In this document: positions 29,651 to 39,126 of the stretch, in pieces
Numbering within the stretch: position 1 is the first letter of the stretch
How the letters are laid out: each line of letters starts with the position of its first letter
Assembly: GCA_964347285.1 (NCBI GenBank)
Contig: CAYFYE010000010.1
Location: 1-39,126 of the forward strand
Length of the DNA stretch: 39,126 nucleotides
Source: an uncultured Acidimicrobiia bacterium
GTDB taxonomy: Bacteria; Actinomycetota; Acidimicrobiia; Spongiisociales; JAOTWH01
Direction of reading: 5' to 3'
Made by a program: the position numbers and the translations under genes
Notes under the pieces: model-generated
The model's database searches: none
Seen by the model: the letters and a program-made list of their open reading frames with translations, nothing else
Told to the model about the DNA's origin: nothing

Positions 29651-29764
29651 CTAGCCCTGCCTCTGCTTGTGCCTTGGGTTCGAGCAAATCACCCACACGC
29701 GACCGTGCCGCCGGATGATCCGGCATTTCTCGCACATCCGCTTCGCCGACGGTCGCACTTTCAT
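29651..29764 (-). CDS. rpmJ: 50S ribosomal protein L36 (Zn-binding form)
   Basis: Below the ORF-track cutoff; manual translation [37 protein letters not shown]. Confidence 0.98.
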   Translation of the reverse strand: MKVRPSAKRMCEKCRIIRRHGRVWVICSNPRHKQRQG

Positions 29765-29982
29765 CGGTACCGGTAGGTGATCCTTCCCCGCTCGAGGTCG
29801 TAGGGCGACAGTTCCAGCCGGACCCGGTCACCCGGCAGGATGCGAATGTAGTGAACTCGCATCTTCCCGGAGACGTGCCCGAGCACCTCGTGCCCGTTGT
29901 CGAGTTTCACTTTGAACATAGCGTTCGGTAGCGGCTCGACGACGGTGCCCTCGATCTCGATGACGTCGTCTTTCTTGGCCAC
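29761..29982 (-). CDS. infA: Translation initiation factor IF-1
   Basis: [30 protein letters not shown]. Confidence 0.99.
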   Translation of the reverse strand: MAKKDDVIEIEGTVVEPLPNAMFKVKLDNGHEVLGHVSGKMRVHYIRILPGDRVRLELSPYDLERGRITYRYR

Positions 29983-30022
29983 GAAAAACTACGGCCCGGC
30001 GGCGGGCCGTGGCCGCATAGTA
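29983..30022 (-). promoter_or_regulatory. infA promoter (-10 TACTAT) with hairpin + U-rich leader
   Basis: TACTAT at 30017-30022; perfect 8-bp stem ACGGCCCG/CGGGCCGU at 29991-30010; AGUUUUUC then GUG. Confidence 0.55.
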
Positions 30023-30040
30023 GCGGTGCCCGGTGAACGG

Positions 30041-30808
30041 CTACAACTCAGGACTTCGCACCGACTCCCGGGTGAGCACCCGGGAACCGTCGGCGGTGAC
30101 GGCGACCGTGTCCTCGAAGTGGGCCGACAGCGAACCGTCGGCGGTGACCACCGTCCAGCCGTCGTCGAGGAGCGAGGTCTCCGGGCCGCCCAGATTGAAC
30201 ATCGGTTCGATGCAGATGGCCATCCCCTCTCGAAGCTTCAGGCCGGTGCCCGGCCGGCCGAAGTTGGGCACCTGAGGCTCCTCGTGCATGGCCCTGCCGA
30301 TCCCATGCCCGATGTACTCCCGAACCACGCCGAGGCCGTGGCTCTTGGCCACCGTCTCGACCGCGTTGCCGATGTCCCCAACCCGGATGCCGGGCTCGAC
30401 GCAAGCGATTCCGGCATCGAGTGCCTCGGCGGTTGCCGCGATGAGCTCGGCGGTGCGCTCGGGGACCTCGCCCACCGCAAAGGTGATGGCGGCATCGGCG
30501 TGCCAGCCCTGGTAGATCGCCCCGGCGTCGATCGACAGGAGATCCCCTTCTGCGACACGGTAATCATCGGGGATGCCGTGGACGATGACGTTGTTCGGCG
30601 AGGTGCAGATCGAGGCGGGAAAGCCGTGGTAGCCGAGGAACGACGGCGTGCAGTCCTGATCCCTGATGATCCCGGCCGCCAGCGCGTCGAGGTCTTTCAT
30701 CGACGCCCCAGGGACGGCGGCGCCCTGCACCGCCTCGAGCACCTCGGCCACCACGGCGCCCGCCAGGCTCATCTTCTCGAAATCTTCGTCGGTCTTGAGG
30801 GTGATCAA
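30041..30808 (-). CDS. map: Methionine aminopeptidase type I
   Basis: CTSPNNVIVHGIP, SIDAG..GWHADAA, GHGIG..MHEEP, IEPM, SAHFEDTV. Confidence 0.97.
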   Translation of the reverse strand: MITLKTDEDFEKMSLAGAVVAEVLEAVQGAAVPGASMKDLDALAAGIIRDQDCTPSFLGYHGFPASICTSPNNVIVHGIPDDYRVAEGDLLSIDAGAIYQGWHADAAITFAVGEVPERTAELIAATAEALDAGIACVEPGIRVGDIGNAVETVAKSHGLGVVREYIGHGIGRAMHEEPQVPNFGRPGTGLKLREGMAICIEPMFNLGGPETSLLDDGWTVVTADGSLSAHFEDTVAVTADGSRVLTRESVRSPEL

Positions 30809-31356
30809 CCGGCCAGCACCTCTGCTATGCGGGAAAAGACCTCTGGAACACTGCCAACACCGTCGACCCCGCGCAGCATTCCTCCAGATTCGTAATGGCG
30901 AATCAGCGGCTCGGTTTCCTCCCGGTACACCCGGAGCCGGTTGCGAACCACCTCCTCGGTGTCATCGGGCCGGCCCCGGCCCAGGAGGCGGGAGACCAGC
31001 TCCTCGCCGGGGACGTCGAGGTAGATCGACAGCTCGACGGGGTGGTCGGCGGTGGCCTCCTCCAGGGCATCTGCCTGCGCTTCGGTGCGAGGGAAGCCGT
31101 CGAGCAAGTAACCGCAGTCGGCGTCGGAGGCGGAGAGGCGCTCGACCACCATGGCCGTGACCAGCTCGTCGGGCACGAGTTCGCCGGCATCCATGTAGGT
31201 CTTGGCTTCTCTACCCAACTCGGTGCCGGAGGCCACGTTGTCTCGCAACATGTCTCCCGACGAGAGGTGGGGTATGCCGAGGACCCGGCAGATACGCTCG
31301 GCTTGGGTTCCCTTCCCGGCCCCGGGAGGACCGAGAAGGATGAGCCGCCTCCCCAT
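30805..31356 (-). CDS. adk: Adenylate kinase (short-LID form)
   Basis: GPPGAGKGTQA, LLDGFPRT, GRGRPDD. Confidence 0.97.
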   Translation of the reverse strand: MGRRLILLGPPGAGKGTQAERICRVLGIPHLSSGDMLRDNVASGTELGREAKTYMDAGELVPDELVTAMVVERLSASDADCGYLLDGFPRTEAQADALEEATADHPVELSIYLDVPGEELVSRLLGRGRPDDTEEVVRNRLRVYREETEPLIRHYESGGMLRGVDGVGSVPEVFSRIAEVLAG

Positions 31357-32660
31357 CAGGCGAGGAAGCCCTCGTAGTTCCGCATCATCAGCTGGCTCTC
31401 GATCTGCTTCATCGTCTCCAGGGCGACACCGACGACGATGAGCAGCGAGATGCCGCTGAAGCCGATCTGGATGTTCCAGAAGGCGGCGAAGATCGACGGC
31501 AGGACGGCCACCGAAGCGAGGTACAACGAGCCGGGGAACGTGATCCTGCTCAGGATGTGCTGCAGATACTCGGCGGTCTGGCGCCCCGGCCTGATGCCGG
31601 GGACGAAGCCGCCCTGGCGCTGGATCTGCTCGGCTTGCCGAACGGGATCGAACTGGATGGCCGTGTAGAAGTACGTGAAAAACACGATGAGCAGGAAGAA
31701 CAGCACGATGTACCAGAGGCTGGCGGTGTTGAGGATGTTGTCGTTCACCCAGGTGCGCAACCCGGCCCACGGAATGGACGTCGACACCAGGGCGGGGAAG
31801 AACAAAACGCTGGAGGCAAAGATGACCGGAATCACTCCGGCCGTGTTGACCTTCAGCGGGATATAGGTGCTCTGGCCGCCCAGGACGCGACGTCCTCGCA
31901 CCCGCTTGGAGAATTGAATGGGAATCCGACGCTGGCCCTGATCCACGAAGATGATCCCGATCACCAGAAGCAGGAACATGGCCATGATGAAGAGGAACTT
32001 GAAGGTGTCCGAATTGGGATCCTCACGGATGAGGGTGAACTGCGAGGGGATCTGGCTGATGATGTTGATGAAGATGATCAGCGACATCCCGTTGCCGACG
32101 CCTCGTTGAGTGATCAACTCGCCGAGCCACATCACGAAGGCCGTCCCGGCCGTGAACGTCATCACAATGAGGATCACTCGTCCGGGTGTGTAGTTGGGGA
32201 TCAGGTCGATGCCTCCGGTAAAGCTCCCGGCAAAACCGCCGCCCCCTCCGGAGTGGAACAGGAACGTGAGGCCGGTCGATTGGAGTAGGGCCAGGATCAC
32301 GGTCAGGTATCGGGTCCACTGGGTGATCACCTTGCGGCCCGCCTCGCCTTCGTCCTGGAGCCGCTGCAGCCGAGGAATCACAACGGCCAGCAGCTGCATG
32401 ATGATCGACGAGGTGATGTAGGGCATGATGCCGAGGGCCAGCACCGACAGTTGTTCCAGGGCCCCGCCCGAAAACAGGCTCAGGAGGCCCACCACCCCCG
32501 ACTGCTCTGCCTGGTCGGCGAACTGCTCGACCCGGTCCAGATCCACGCCGGGGACGGGAATGGACGCGCCCAGCCGGTAGATACCGAAGACGAAGATCGT
32601 GAAGAGAATCTTGTTCCGGAGATCGGCGATCCGGAACATGTTCCGGTAGACCGACAGCAT
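31356..32660 (-). CDS. secY: Preprotein translocase SecY
   Basis: LGIMPYITSSII, GVGNGMSLIIF, PLKVNTAGVIPVIFA, FVPGIRPG. Confidence 0.99.
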   Translation of the reverse strand: MLSVYRNMFRIADLRNKILFTIFVFGIYRLGASIPVPGVDLDRVEQFADQAEQSGVVGLLSLFSGGALEQLSVLALGIMPYITSSIIMQLLAVVIPRLQRLQDEGEAGRKVITQWTRYLTVILALLQSTGLTFLFHSGGGGGFAGSFTGGIDLIPNYTPGRVILIVMTFTAGTAFVMWLGELITQRGVGNGMSLIIFINIISQIPSQFTLIREDPNSDTFKFLFIMAMFLLLVIGIIFVDQGQRRIPIQFSKRVRGRRVLGGQSTYIPLKVNTAGVIPVIFASSVLFFPALVSTSIPWAGLRTWVNDNILNTASLWYIVLFFLLIVFFTYFYTAIQFDPVRQAEQIQRQGGFVPGIRPGRQTAEYLQHILSRITFPGSLYLASVAVLPSIFAAFWNIQIGFSGISLLIVVGVALETMKQIESQLMMRNYEGFLA

Positions 32661-32706
32661 CAGTCAGAGTCCTTCCGCAACGGTGCAGGATGGCAGGATT
32701 GCTGCG

Positions 32707-32712
32707 AGGTTA
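32707..32712 (-). promoter_or_regulatory. Candidate internal promoter -10 (TAACCT) for secY-adk-map
   Basis: ggcTAACCT in the 79-nt rplO-secY gap; GGAAGGA SD downstream. Confidence 0.45.
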
Positions 32713-32739
32713 GCCGGGGTCGGCTGGGGGCAGCTCCAC

Positions 32740-33177
32740 TCACTCGATCACCTCGACTGTGCCTCCGGCCTCCTGGATCTTCTCCACCGCCCCGAGGCTG
32801 AAGGCATGGGCCCGTACGGTCAACGAGCGATCGATCTCTCCTTCGCCGAGGACCTTGACCCGTCCCCGCTTCTTGACCATCCCGCGGCGGCGCAAATCCT
32901 CCGGGGAGACCGTGGCCCCGACCGGAAACACCCCCAGTCGGCCCACATTGACCAACGCGAAGTACTCCTTGTTGGGGTTGCGGAAGCCCTTGAGCTTGCG
33001 GGTACGTCGCTGGAGGGGCATCTGGCCGCCCTCGAAGTAGGCCGGCACCTTGCCACGGGCCTTCTGACCCTTGGTCCCCCGGCCGGCCGTCTTGCCCCGC
33101 TTACCCGACTCGCCCCGACCTACCCGAAGGCGCGCCCGCTTCGAGCCTGGTGCGGGCCGAAGATGGTGGAGCTTCAC
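32740..33177 (-). CDS. rplO: 50S ribosomal protein L15
   Basis: GKTAGRGTKGQKAR, FEGGQMPL. Confidence 0.98.
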   Translation of the reverse strand: MKLHHLRPAPGSKRARLRVGRGESGKRGKTAGRGTKGQKARGKVPAYFEGGQMPLQRRTRKLKGFRNPNKEYFALVNVGRLGVFPVGATVSPEDLRRRGMVKKRGRVKVLGEGEIDRSLTVRAHAFSLGAVEKIQEAGGTVEVIE

Positions 33178-33359
33178 TTCACTTCCTCCACGTCCACGAG
33201 GTGGCGAACCCCCTCGATCATCCCGCGCACCTCGGGACTGTCGGGGCGAACCGTGGACTGGCGGATCTTGCGCAGTCCCAGGCTCTGCACGGTGGCTCGA
33301 GCCTTCGGCTTCTGCCCGATCGTGCTGCGGATCAGCGTGATCTTCAGTTTCCCGGCCAC
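33174..33359 (-). CDS. rpmD: 50S ribosomal protein L30
   Basis: LKITLIRSTIG, LGLRKI, VRHLV. Confidence 0.97.
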   Translation of the reverse strand: MAGKLKITLIRSTIGQKPKARATVQSLGLRKIRQSTVRPDSPEVRGMIEGVRHLVDVEEVK

Positions 33360-33362
33360 GGA

Positions 33363-33929
33363 CTACTCCCCGACCTCGGTGCGCGCCAGCTCGGCGGCCC
33401 GATACCCGGCCAGCAGCGCCGGCGGGGTCACCTCTTCCGCATCCTTGCCCCGGTGCCGGGCCACCTCGTCGGGCCTGCGCTGGGAGAACAACGCGTTCAT
33501 CGTCGCCTTGGCCACGTTGATGTGAGTCGGCGAGCCCAGCGACTTGGCGAGAACGTCCTTGATACCGGCCGCTTCCAGGATCTGGCGGACGGCCCCGCCG
33601 GCTATGACACCCGTACCGGGGGCCGCCGGCTTGAGCAGCACTCGGGAAGCGCTTTGCTTGCCCTCGATGGCATGGATGATGGTGGTCCCCGACATCGGCA
33701 CGGGTCTCATGTCCTTGCGGGCGATTTCGACGCCTTTCTGGATGGCAGTGGGGACCTCCTTGGCTTTGCCGTACCCGACACCGACGCGGCCCCGGCCGTC
33801 CCCGACGGCTACCAAGGCCGTGAACGAGAAGCGCCGGCCGCCCTTCACCACTTTGGAGACGCGGTTGATGGCGATGACCCGCTCGTCGAACTGGGGGCCT
33901 TCGGCACGGTCACGGCGCTGACGGTCCAT
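33363..33929 (-). CDS. rpsE: 30S ribosomal protein S5
   Basis: [28 protein letters not shown]. Confidence 0.98.
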   Translation of the reverse strand: MDRQRRDRAEGPQFDERVIAINRVSKVVKGGRRFSFTALVAVGDGRGRVGVGYGKAKEVPTAIQKGVEIARKDMRPVPMSGTTIIHAIEGKQSASRVLLKPAAPGTGVIAGGAVRQILEAAGIKDVLAKSLGSPTHINVAKATMNALFSQRRPDEVARHRGKDAEEVTPPALLAGYRAAELARTEVGE

Positions 33930-33936
33930 GGGCCCC

Positions 33937-34290
33937 CTAGAACTCCAGGCCGCCCTCGCGGGCGGCATCCGCCAACGCCTTTATCCGTCCGTGGAACGGA
34001 TACCCGCCCCGATCGAAGACCACCGAGGTGATGCCGGCGACGGCGGCCCGGTCGCCGATCAGCTTGCCCACCTCGGAGGCGGTGGCAACAGTGAGGGTGC
34101 GCTCTCGAAGCTCTTTCTCGTACGATGATGCAGCCGCCAGCGTCCGACCCGCTTCATCATCGATGAGCTGGGCACAGATGTGCCGGTTGCTCTTGAAAAC
34201 GGCGAGACGGGGCCGGGACGACGTACCCCGCACCGACTTGCGGACCCGAAAGTGGCGGCGACGGCGGGCATCGGCTCGGGAGCCCCTCAT
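33937..34290 (-). CDS. rplR: 50S ribosomal protein L18
   Basis: [30 protein letters not shown]. Confidence 0.98.
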   Translation of the reverse strand: MRGSRADARRRRHFRVRKSVRGTSSRPRLAVFKSNRHICAQLIDDEAGRTLAAASSYEKELRERTLTVATASEVGKLIGDRAAVAGITSVVFDRGGYPFHGRIKALADAAREGGLEF

Positions 34291-34832
34291 ACCGCACCTA
34301 CCCCGGCCTTGCCGGCCTTGCGCCGGACGTACTCATCGACGTAGCGAATCCCCTTGCCCTTGTAGGGCTCGGGCGGCGATACCTTGCGAATGTCGGCGGC
34401 CACCTGGCCGACCAATTCCTTGTCGATGCCCCGCACGATGATCCTGGTCGGTTCGGGCACTTCGAATTCGATCCCCGGACGAGCCGCCACCACCACCGGG
34501 TGGCTGAACCCGACCAGCAACTCCAGGTCCTTGCCCTTCGTGCCGGCGCGGTAGCCCACCCCGACCATGGTCAATTCTTTGACGAAACCCTCGGATACGC
34601 CTACCACCATGTTGTTGAGCAGCGCTCTGCTCAGCCCGTGGAGGGCCTTCGACTCGCGCTCATCATCGGCCCGAGAAACCACCGCCTGGCCGTCCTCGAC
34701 GGTGATCGATACCCGATCGTGGAAGGTCCGCTCCAGCTCACCCTTGGCACCCTTGACCTTGACCCGGCGGCCGTCTGTCTGGATGTCGACGCCCGAGGGG
34801 AGGGGCACGGGAGCGGCACCGACGCGACTCAT
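34287..34832 (-). CDS. rplF: 50S ribosomal protein L6
   Basis: [23 protein letters not shown]. Confidence 0.98.
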   Translation of the reverse strand: MSRVGAAPVPLPSGVDIQTDGRRVKVKGAKGELERTFHDRVSITVEDGQAVVSRADDERESKALHGLSRALLNNMVVGVSEGFVKELTMVGVGYRAGTKGKDLELLVGFSHPVVVAARPGIEFEVPEPTRIIVRGIDKELVGQVAADIRKVSPPEPYKGKGIRYVDEYVRRKAGKAGVGAV

Positions 34833-35227
34833 CACCACACCTCGCAGAGGACTTCACCACCGAGGCGGCGCCGGCGCGCCTCACGATCGGCCAGGAGACC
34901 CTGGGAAGTGGAGATGATCGCCACGCCCAGACCACCTTGGACGCGGGGAAGCTCGTCGACGCTCCGGTATACCCGGCCACCCGGTTTGGACACCCGCCGC
35001 AACCCTTGAATGACTGCCGCCCGATCCTCTCGGTAACGGATGGTCAGGCTGAGGGTCCGGTGCACGCCCTCGCCCTCGACCCGGTAGCCCTCCAGGTAAC
35101 CCTCCTCGGCCAGGATGCCGGCGATGCCCTCACGAATCTTCGAAGTGGGCATGTCCACATTCGGCTTCTGCACCATGGACGCGTTGCGGATGCGAGTGAG
35201 CATGTCGGCAATCGGATCGGTCATCAT
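34832..35227 (-). CDS. rpsH: 30S ribosomal protein S8
   Basis: MTDPIADMLTRIRNA, SKPGGRVY, GGEVLCEVW. Confidence 0.98.
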   Translation of the reverse strand: MMTDPIADMLTRIRNASMVQKPNVDMPTSKIREGIAGILAEEGYLEGYRVEGEGVHRTLSLTIRYREDRAAVIQGLRRVSKPGGRVYRSVDELPRVQGGLGVAIISTSQGLLADREARRRRLGGEVLCEVW

Positions 35228-35229
35228 CG

Positions 35230-35415
35230 TTACCACGAGGCCTTTCTCACGCCGGGAAGCTCGCCGCGATGCGCCAGCTGCCGCACGCAGATCCGACACA
35301 TACCGAACTTGCGCAGGTAGGCCCGAGGCCTTCCGCAACGCCGGCACCGGTTGTAGGCCCGTACCTTGTACTTCGGCTTGCGGTTCGCTTTGGCGACCAG
35401 CGACTTCTTGGCCAC
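35230..35415 (-). CDS. rpsN: 30S ribosomal protein S14 type Z (Zn-binding)
   Basis: 61 aa; [21 protein letters not shown]. Confidence 0.98.
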   Translation of the reverse strand: MAKKSLVAKANRKPKYKVRAYNRCRRCGRPRAYLRKFGMCRICVRQLAHRGELPGVRKASW

Positions 35416-35416
35416 A

Positions 35417-35977
35417 TCACACCTCGACTTCTCGCCGACGGAAGGGAAACCCGAATGCCTCCAGGAGCGCCCGCGCCCCCTCGTCGTCTTGGGCCGTCGT
35501 GCAGATCGTGATGTCCATTCCCCTCACCTTCATCACCGAGTCGTAGTCGACTTCGGGAAAGATCAACTGCTCATTCACCCCGAAGGTGTAGTTCCCGCGC
35601 CCGTCGAACGAGTTCGGGTTGAGGCCACGGAAATCCCGGATGCGGGGAATCGCCAACGACACCAAGCGGTCGAAGAACTCCCACATCCGGTCGCCCCGCA
35701 GTGTAACCGAGGCCCCGACCGGCATACCCTGCCGCAGCTTGAAGTTGGCGATGGAGCGGCGAGCCCTGTTGAGGCGCGCCTTTTGGCCGGTCACCACCGC
35801 CAGGTCGGCCATGGCGCCTTCGATCAGCTTGGCGTCGGCCGCGGCGTCGCCCACCCCCATGTTGACGACGATCTTGTCCAGCCGAGGCACTTGCATCACG
35901 TTGTCCAGGCTCAGCTGCTCGATGAGCCGGGCTCGGACATCTTCCACGTAACGCTGCCTGAGGCGCGGCATCGCCAT
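35417..35977 (-). CDS. rplE: 50S ribosomal protein L5
   Basis: [31 protein letters not shown]. Confidence 0.98.
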   Translation of the reverse strand: MAMPRLRQRYVEDVRARLIEQLSLDNVMQVPRLDKIVVNMGVGDAAADAKLIEGAMADLAVVTGQKARLNRARRSIANFKLRQGMPVGASVTLRGDRMWEFFDRLVSLAIPRIRDFRGLNPNSFDGRGNYTFGVNEQLIFPEVDYDSVMKVRGMDITICTTAQDDEGARALLEAFGFPFRRREVEV

Positions 35978-36282
35978 CACAGGTCGCCTCCACAGCGGAT
36001 GCAAACCCGGCGCTTCACGCCATCGGCATCGATGGCGGAGCGGGATCGCACCGGCCCATCTTGCTCACACACCAGCATCACGTTGGAAGCGTCGACCGGC
36101 ATGTCCTTGTCGATGATCCCGCCCTGATACGTCTGGCCGGTGGGCCGTTGGTGACGCTTGGCGGTGGCCACACCCTCCACGATCACTTTGTTCTTCTTGG
36201 GGAGGACGCGGGCGATCCTTCCTTCTTTGCCGGCGTCCTTCCCGGTGATCACCATTACGTGGTCCCCTTCCCGCAACTTCAT
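35977..36282 (-). CDS. rplX: 50S ribosomal protein L24
   Basis: [16 protein letters not shown] (KOW motif), [12 protein letters not shown]. Confidence 0.97.
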   Translation of the reverse strand: MKLREGDHVMVITGKDAGKEGRIARVLPKKNKVIVEGVATAKRHQRPTGQTYQGGIIDKDMPVDASNVMLVCEQDGPVRSRSAIDADGVKRRVCIRCGGDL

Positions 36283-36650
36283 CACAGAACCTCCGGAGCG
36301 AGCGACACGATGCGCATGAACCGGCGCTCGCGGAGCTCGCGCCCCACCGGTCCAAAAATGCGGGTTCCCCGTGGCTGGCGCTGCTCATTGATGAGCACGC
36401 AGGCGTTGTCGTCGAAGCGAATGTAGGTGCCGTCGGTGCGCCGGGCTTCCTTTCGGGTTCGGATCACCACCGCCTTGACGAGTTCTCCCTTGCGCACGCT
36501 GCTGCCGGGAATGGCGTCCTTCACCGTGGCGACGATGATGTCGCCCACCCGCGCATAGCGACGTCGCGAGCCTCCCAGCACGCTGATACACAACACCTCT
36601 CGAGCTCCCGAGTTGTCGGCCACCTTGAGTCGTGATTCCTGCTGGATCAT
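36282..36650 (-). CDS. rplN: 50S ribosomal protein L14
   Basis: [31 protein letters not shown]. Confidence 0.99.
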   Translation of the reverse strand: MIQQESRLKVADNSGAREVLCISVLGGSRRRYARVGDIIVATVKDAIPGSSVRKGELVKAVVIRTRKEARRTDGTYIRFDDNACVLINEQRQPRGTRIFGPVGRELRERRFMRIVSLAPEVL

Positions 36651-36904
36651 CGGGCCCGCTCCACGATCTCAACCAGCCTCCAGCGCTTCGTCTTGGACAA
36701 CGGCCGGGTTTCCATGACCCGAACCATGTCCCCGAGCCGGGCCTCGTTGCTTTCGTCATGGGCGTGCAGACGTGTGTGGGTGGGCACGACCTTGTCGTAA
36801 AGGGGATGACGCTTCGACTCGGTCACCTGGACGGTGATGGTCTTGTTGCGGGCCTCGGAAACCACCACGCCGACCCGCACTTTGCGCGAGGGACGATCGG
36901 TCAC
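36647..36904 (-). CDS. rpsQ: 30S ribosomal protein S17
   Basis: [26 protein letters not shown]. Confidence 0.98.
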   Translation of the reverse strand: MTDRPSRKVRVGVVVSEARNKTITVQVTESKRHPLYDKVVPTHTRLHAHDESNEARLGDMVRVMETRPLSKTKRWRLVEIVERAR

Positions 36905-37134
36905 GCTTCGACCTCCTCATCCCCGGCCTGCTGGTCCTGCCAAGCGGCGATTTCCTGCTCCCGCATCACCGTGTTGATACGGGCGATGTCCCGCCGTAGT
37001 TCCCGGAGCCGAGCCGTGTTGTCGAGCTGGTTGGTTGCCATCTGAAAACGCAGGTTGAAGTACTCCTCCTTGGTCTCCGCCAGCTTGTCCGTGAGCTCGC
37101 GGTAGCGCAGGCCGGTGAGTTCGCTCGCCTTCAT
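36901..37134 (-). CDS. rpmC: 50S ribosomal protein L29
   Basis: [20 protein letters not shown]. Confidence 0.97.
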   Translation of the reverse strand: MKASELTGLRYRELTDKLAETKEEYFNLRFQMATNQLDNTARLRELRRDIARINTVMREQEIAAWQDQQAGDEEVEA

Positions 37135-37544
37135 GTCTCCTCCCGACGAACAAACTTGGTCTTGAGAGGCAGCTTGTGGGAGGCAAGGCGCATGGCCTCA
37201 CGCGCCAGATCTTCGCCGACTCCGGACATCTCGAACATCACCCTTCCGGGTTTCACCACGGCCACCCAGTACTCGGGAGTGCCCTTGCCCGACCCCATCC
37301 GGGTCTCGGCGGGTTTCTCGGTCACCGGCTTGTCGGGGAAGAGGTTGATCCACACTTTGCCGCCGCGCTTGATATGACGGGTCATGGCGACACGAGCAGC
37401 CTCGATCTGTCGGGCGGTGATCCAGCCCGGTTCCACGGCCTGGAGACCGAACTCACCGAAACTGACTCGGGTTCCGCCCTTGGCCTGGCCCTTGAGGCGG
37501 CCCCGCTGCGCCCGGCGGTACTTCGTTCGCTTGGGCATGAGCAT
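37131..37544 (-). CDS. rplP: 50S ribosomal protein L16
   Basis: [23 protein letters not shown]. Confidence 0.99.
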   Translation of the reverse strand: MLMPKRTKYRRAQRGRLKGQAKGGTRVSFGEFGLQAVEPGWITARQIEAARVAMTRHIKRGGKVWINLFPDKPVTEKPAETRMGSGKGTPEYWVAVVKPGRVMFEMSGVGEDLAREAMRLASHKLPLKTKFVRREET

Positions 37545-37546
37545 GG

Positions 37547-38662
37547 CTAGGACTCCTCCCCGCCTTCGGCATCGTCATCCTCTCCCTCGCCCGGCGGCTC
37601 CTCGTCTCGAGCCGCCTCATCGGTCGCCGCCTCGGGAGCCGGAGAGGTGGGTGCTTCGGTCCGCTCCTCGGGTGCCCCGGTGAGGTCCGGCCCGCCGGTC
37701 GCATTCGGCTCGGCGCCGGAGGCCGGCTCCACCACGTCCTCCTCTTCTTCGACCAGATCGGTTTCCCGCCTGGCCGCCTCGAACTCCGTCCTGGCTTCGT
37801 CGCGGGAAATTCGCCGGCCCCCGCCCGCCTCGATGAGGCGCTTGCCGGATTCCCGCCGCTTGCCGCCTCCCGCCTCGATGAGGCGCTTGCCGCCTCCGGC
37901 CTCGATGAGTCGGCCGGCTCCGGTCTCGCCGGCGGCCGCTTCGGCGCGCGCCTTGGCGGAAACCCGGCGCCCGGCCGGGCCTCCGGTTGCCAGCGCCGCT
38001 TCGGCGGCGATCTTCTCGCGGGTAGCGGTCAGAGAAGGGACCACATCGCCCTTGTAGACCCAGACCTTCACGCCGATGGCCCCGACCGTGGTGCTGGCCG
38101 TGGCCTGGCCGTAGTCGATGTCGGCCCGGAGCGTGTGGAGCGGCACCCGGCCCTCCCGGTACCACTCGCGCCGCCCCATGTCCGACCCGCCCAGCCGGCC
38201 GGCGCACTGGACCCGAACACCCTGGGCCCCGGCCTTCATGGCCGTAGCCACGGCCCGTTTCAATGCGCGCCGGAACGAGACTCTCCCCTGCAGCTGGTCG
38301 GCGATCCCCCGAGCCAGCAGCTGAGCGTCCAGCTCTGCATTCTTCACCTCGATCACGTTGAACTTCACTTGCCGGTCGGTCATCGACTCCAGCGCCGAGC
38401 GGAGCCGCTCGGCCTCCGTTCCGCTGCGGCCGATGACGACACCGGGACGTGCGGTGTGCACGTCCACCTGCATCTTCTTGTCGCCGATGCGCTCGATGTC
38501 GATGCGAGAGATGGCCCCGCGTGCCAGTTCGCCGACAAGGAAGTCGCGCACTCGAGCGTCCTCGACGACGTTGTCGGCGTAGTCCTTGTCGCTGAACCAA
38601 CGTGACTTCCAGTCGGTGACGATCCCGAGCCGCATCCCGTACGGGTGTGTTTTCTGTCCCAT
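37547..38662 (-). CDS. rpsC: 30S ribosomal protein S3 with long C-terminal extension
   Basis: [44 protein letters not shown]. Start ATG 38662; 371 aa. Confidence 0.98.
   Translation of the reverse strand: MGQKTHPYGMRLGIVTDWKSRWFSDKDYADNVVEDARVRDFLVGELARGAISRIDIERIGDKKMQVDVHTARPGVVIGRSGTEAERLRSALESMTDRQVKFNVIEVKNAELDAQLLARGIADQLQGRVSFRRALKRAVATAMKAGAQGVRVQCAGRLGGSDMGRREWYREGRVPLHTLRADIDYGQATASTTVGAIGVKVWVYKGDVVPSLTATREKIAAEAALATGGPAGRRVSAKARAEAAAGETGAGRLIEAGGGKRLIEAGGGKRRESGKRLIEAGGGRRISRDEARTEFEAARRETDLVEEEEDVVEPASGAEPNATGGPDLTGAPEERTEAPTSPAPEAATDEAARDEEPPGEGEDDDAEGGEES
37813..37915 (-). repeat. Three copies of a 27-nt unit encoding (K/G)RLIEAGGG inside the rpsC tail
   Basis: GCCTCGATGAG core occurs three times: two tandem copies, and a third after a 6-codon spacer. 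Confidence 0.9.
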
Positions 38663-39042
38663 TACTCCTCGCCTCCCCGGTCGGGCTCGACCTCGGCTTC
38701 GTATTCGGGTCTGCCGTCGCTCAAAACGATCGTGACGTGGCTGGTGCGCTTGCGAATCCGGGTGGCCCGGCCCCGGGCCCGGGGGCGGAAGCGGCGCAGA
38801 GTCGGGCCTTCGTCGGCGTACGCCTCCGCCACCGAGAGCTCCTCGGCGACGAGCGCGAAGTTGTGCTCGGCGTTCGCCACGGCCGAGTCCAGCAGCTTGC
38901 GCACCGGCTCGGCGGCCCGCCGGTTGACGAAGTCCAGGACCGAGTATGCCTCGGGAACGTGCTGGCCCCGAACGAGATCGAGAACCCGACGCACCTTGTA
39001 GGGCGAATGGCGTACGAAACGAGCGCGGGCAGTGACGTTCAT
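38662..39042 (-). CDS. rplV: 50S ribosomal protein L22
   Basis: SPYKVRRVLDLVRG, SAVANAEHN, RPRARGRA..IRKRTSHVTI. Confidence 0.98.
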   Translation of the reverse strand: MNVTARARFVRHSPYKVRRVLDLVRGQHVPEAYSVLDFVNRRAAEPVRKLLDSAVANAEHNFALVAEELSVAEAYADEGPTLRRFRPRARGRATRIRKRTSHVTIVLSDGRPEYEAEVEPDRGGEE

Positions 39043-39126
39043 GCCTTGCGGGCCGCCCTCTCCCCAGCGTGACCGCGAAAAGTACGGGTCGGGGCGAACT
39101 CACCGAGCTTGTGGCCGACCATGTTC
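39039..39126 (-). CDS. rpsS: 30S ribosomal protein S19 (3' end only)
   Basis: Manual translation NMVGHKLGEFAPTRTFRGHAGERAARKA*. Confidence 0.97.
   Translation of the reverse strand, partial: NMVGHKLGEFAPTRTFRGHAGERAARKA

Noticed and set aside
28044..36282. Cys-rich motifs in uS4, bL36, uS14 and uL24
   Set aside because: Ordinary Zn-binding forms of these proteins.
37813..37915. 27-nt repeats as a mini CRISPR array
   Set aside because: In-frame coding repeats with no spacers and no cas genes.
38663..39103. Apparent N-terminal extension of uS3 (518-aa ORF)
   Set aside because: Overlaps rplV and rpsS in another frame; canonical MGQK start at 38662.

Overview
High-GC bacterial core-genome window. 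Gene content and order (guaB3, short-LID adk, rpsD inside the alpha operon, rpsI-glmM-glmS-acpS-nnr-alr-tsaEBD-groESL synteny) point to Actinomycetota, possibly Acidimicrobiia (inference). Most genes are on the minus strand: the end of the S10 operon, the spc and alpha ribosomal clusters (rpsS to rplQ), truA-rplM-rpsI, glmM, glmS, acpS, a tightly coupled nnr-alr-peptidase-udg-tsaE-tsaB-rimI-tsaD-S2P run, groES-groEL under tandem CIRCE boxes, trpS and guaB3. Plus-strand accessory genes are a Nfu_N/HEAT protein, an O-antigen-ligase-like protein, an aromatic amino acid decarboxylase, a truncated ornithine-cyclodeaminase-family gene, vanZ, a GNAT and an ABC-2 exporter. The standout feature is not in the ORF track: a complete glmS ribozyme (20216-20354, minus). 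It is flanked by a 9-bp long-range complementarity that competes with a hairpin hiding the glmS Shine-Dalgarno, suggesting a cleavage-triggered translational switch. Also notable are a repeat-containing C-terminal extension on uS3, a 77-aa acidic N-terminal extension on uS11, and many probable leaderless promoters. No CRISPR array, rRNA, tRNA or transposase was seen. All calls come from reading the sequence; no database searches were run.
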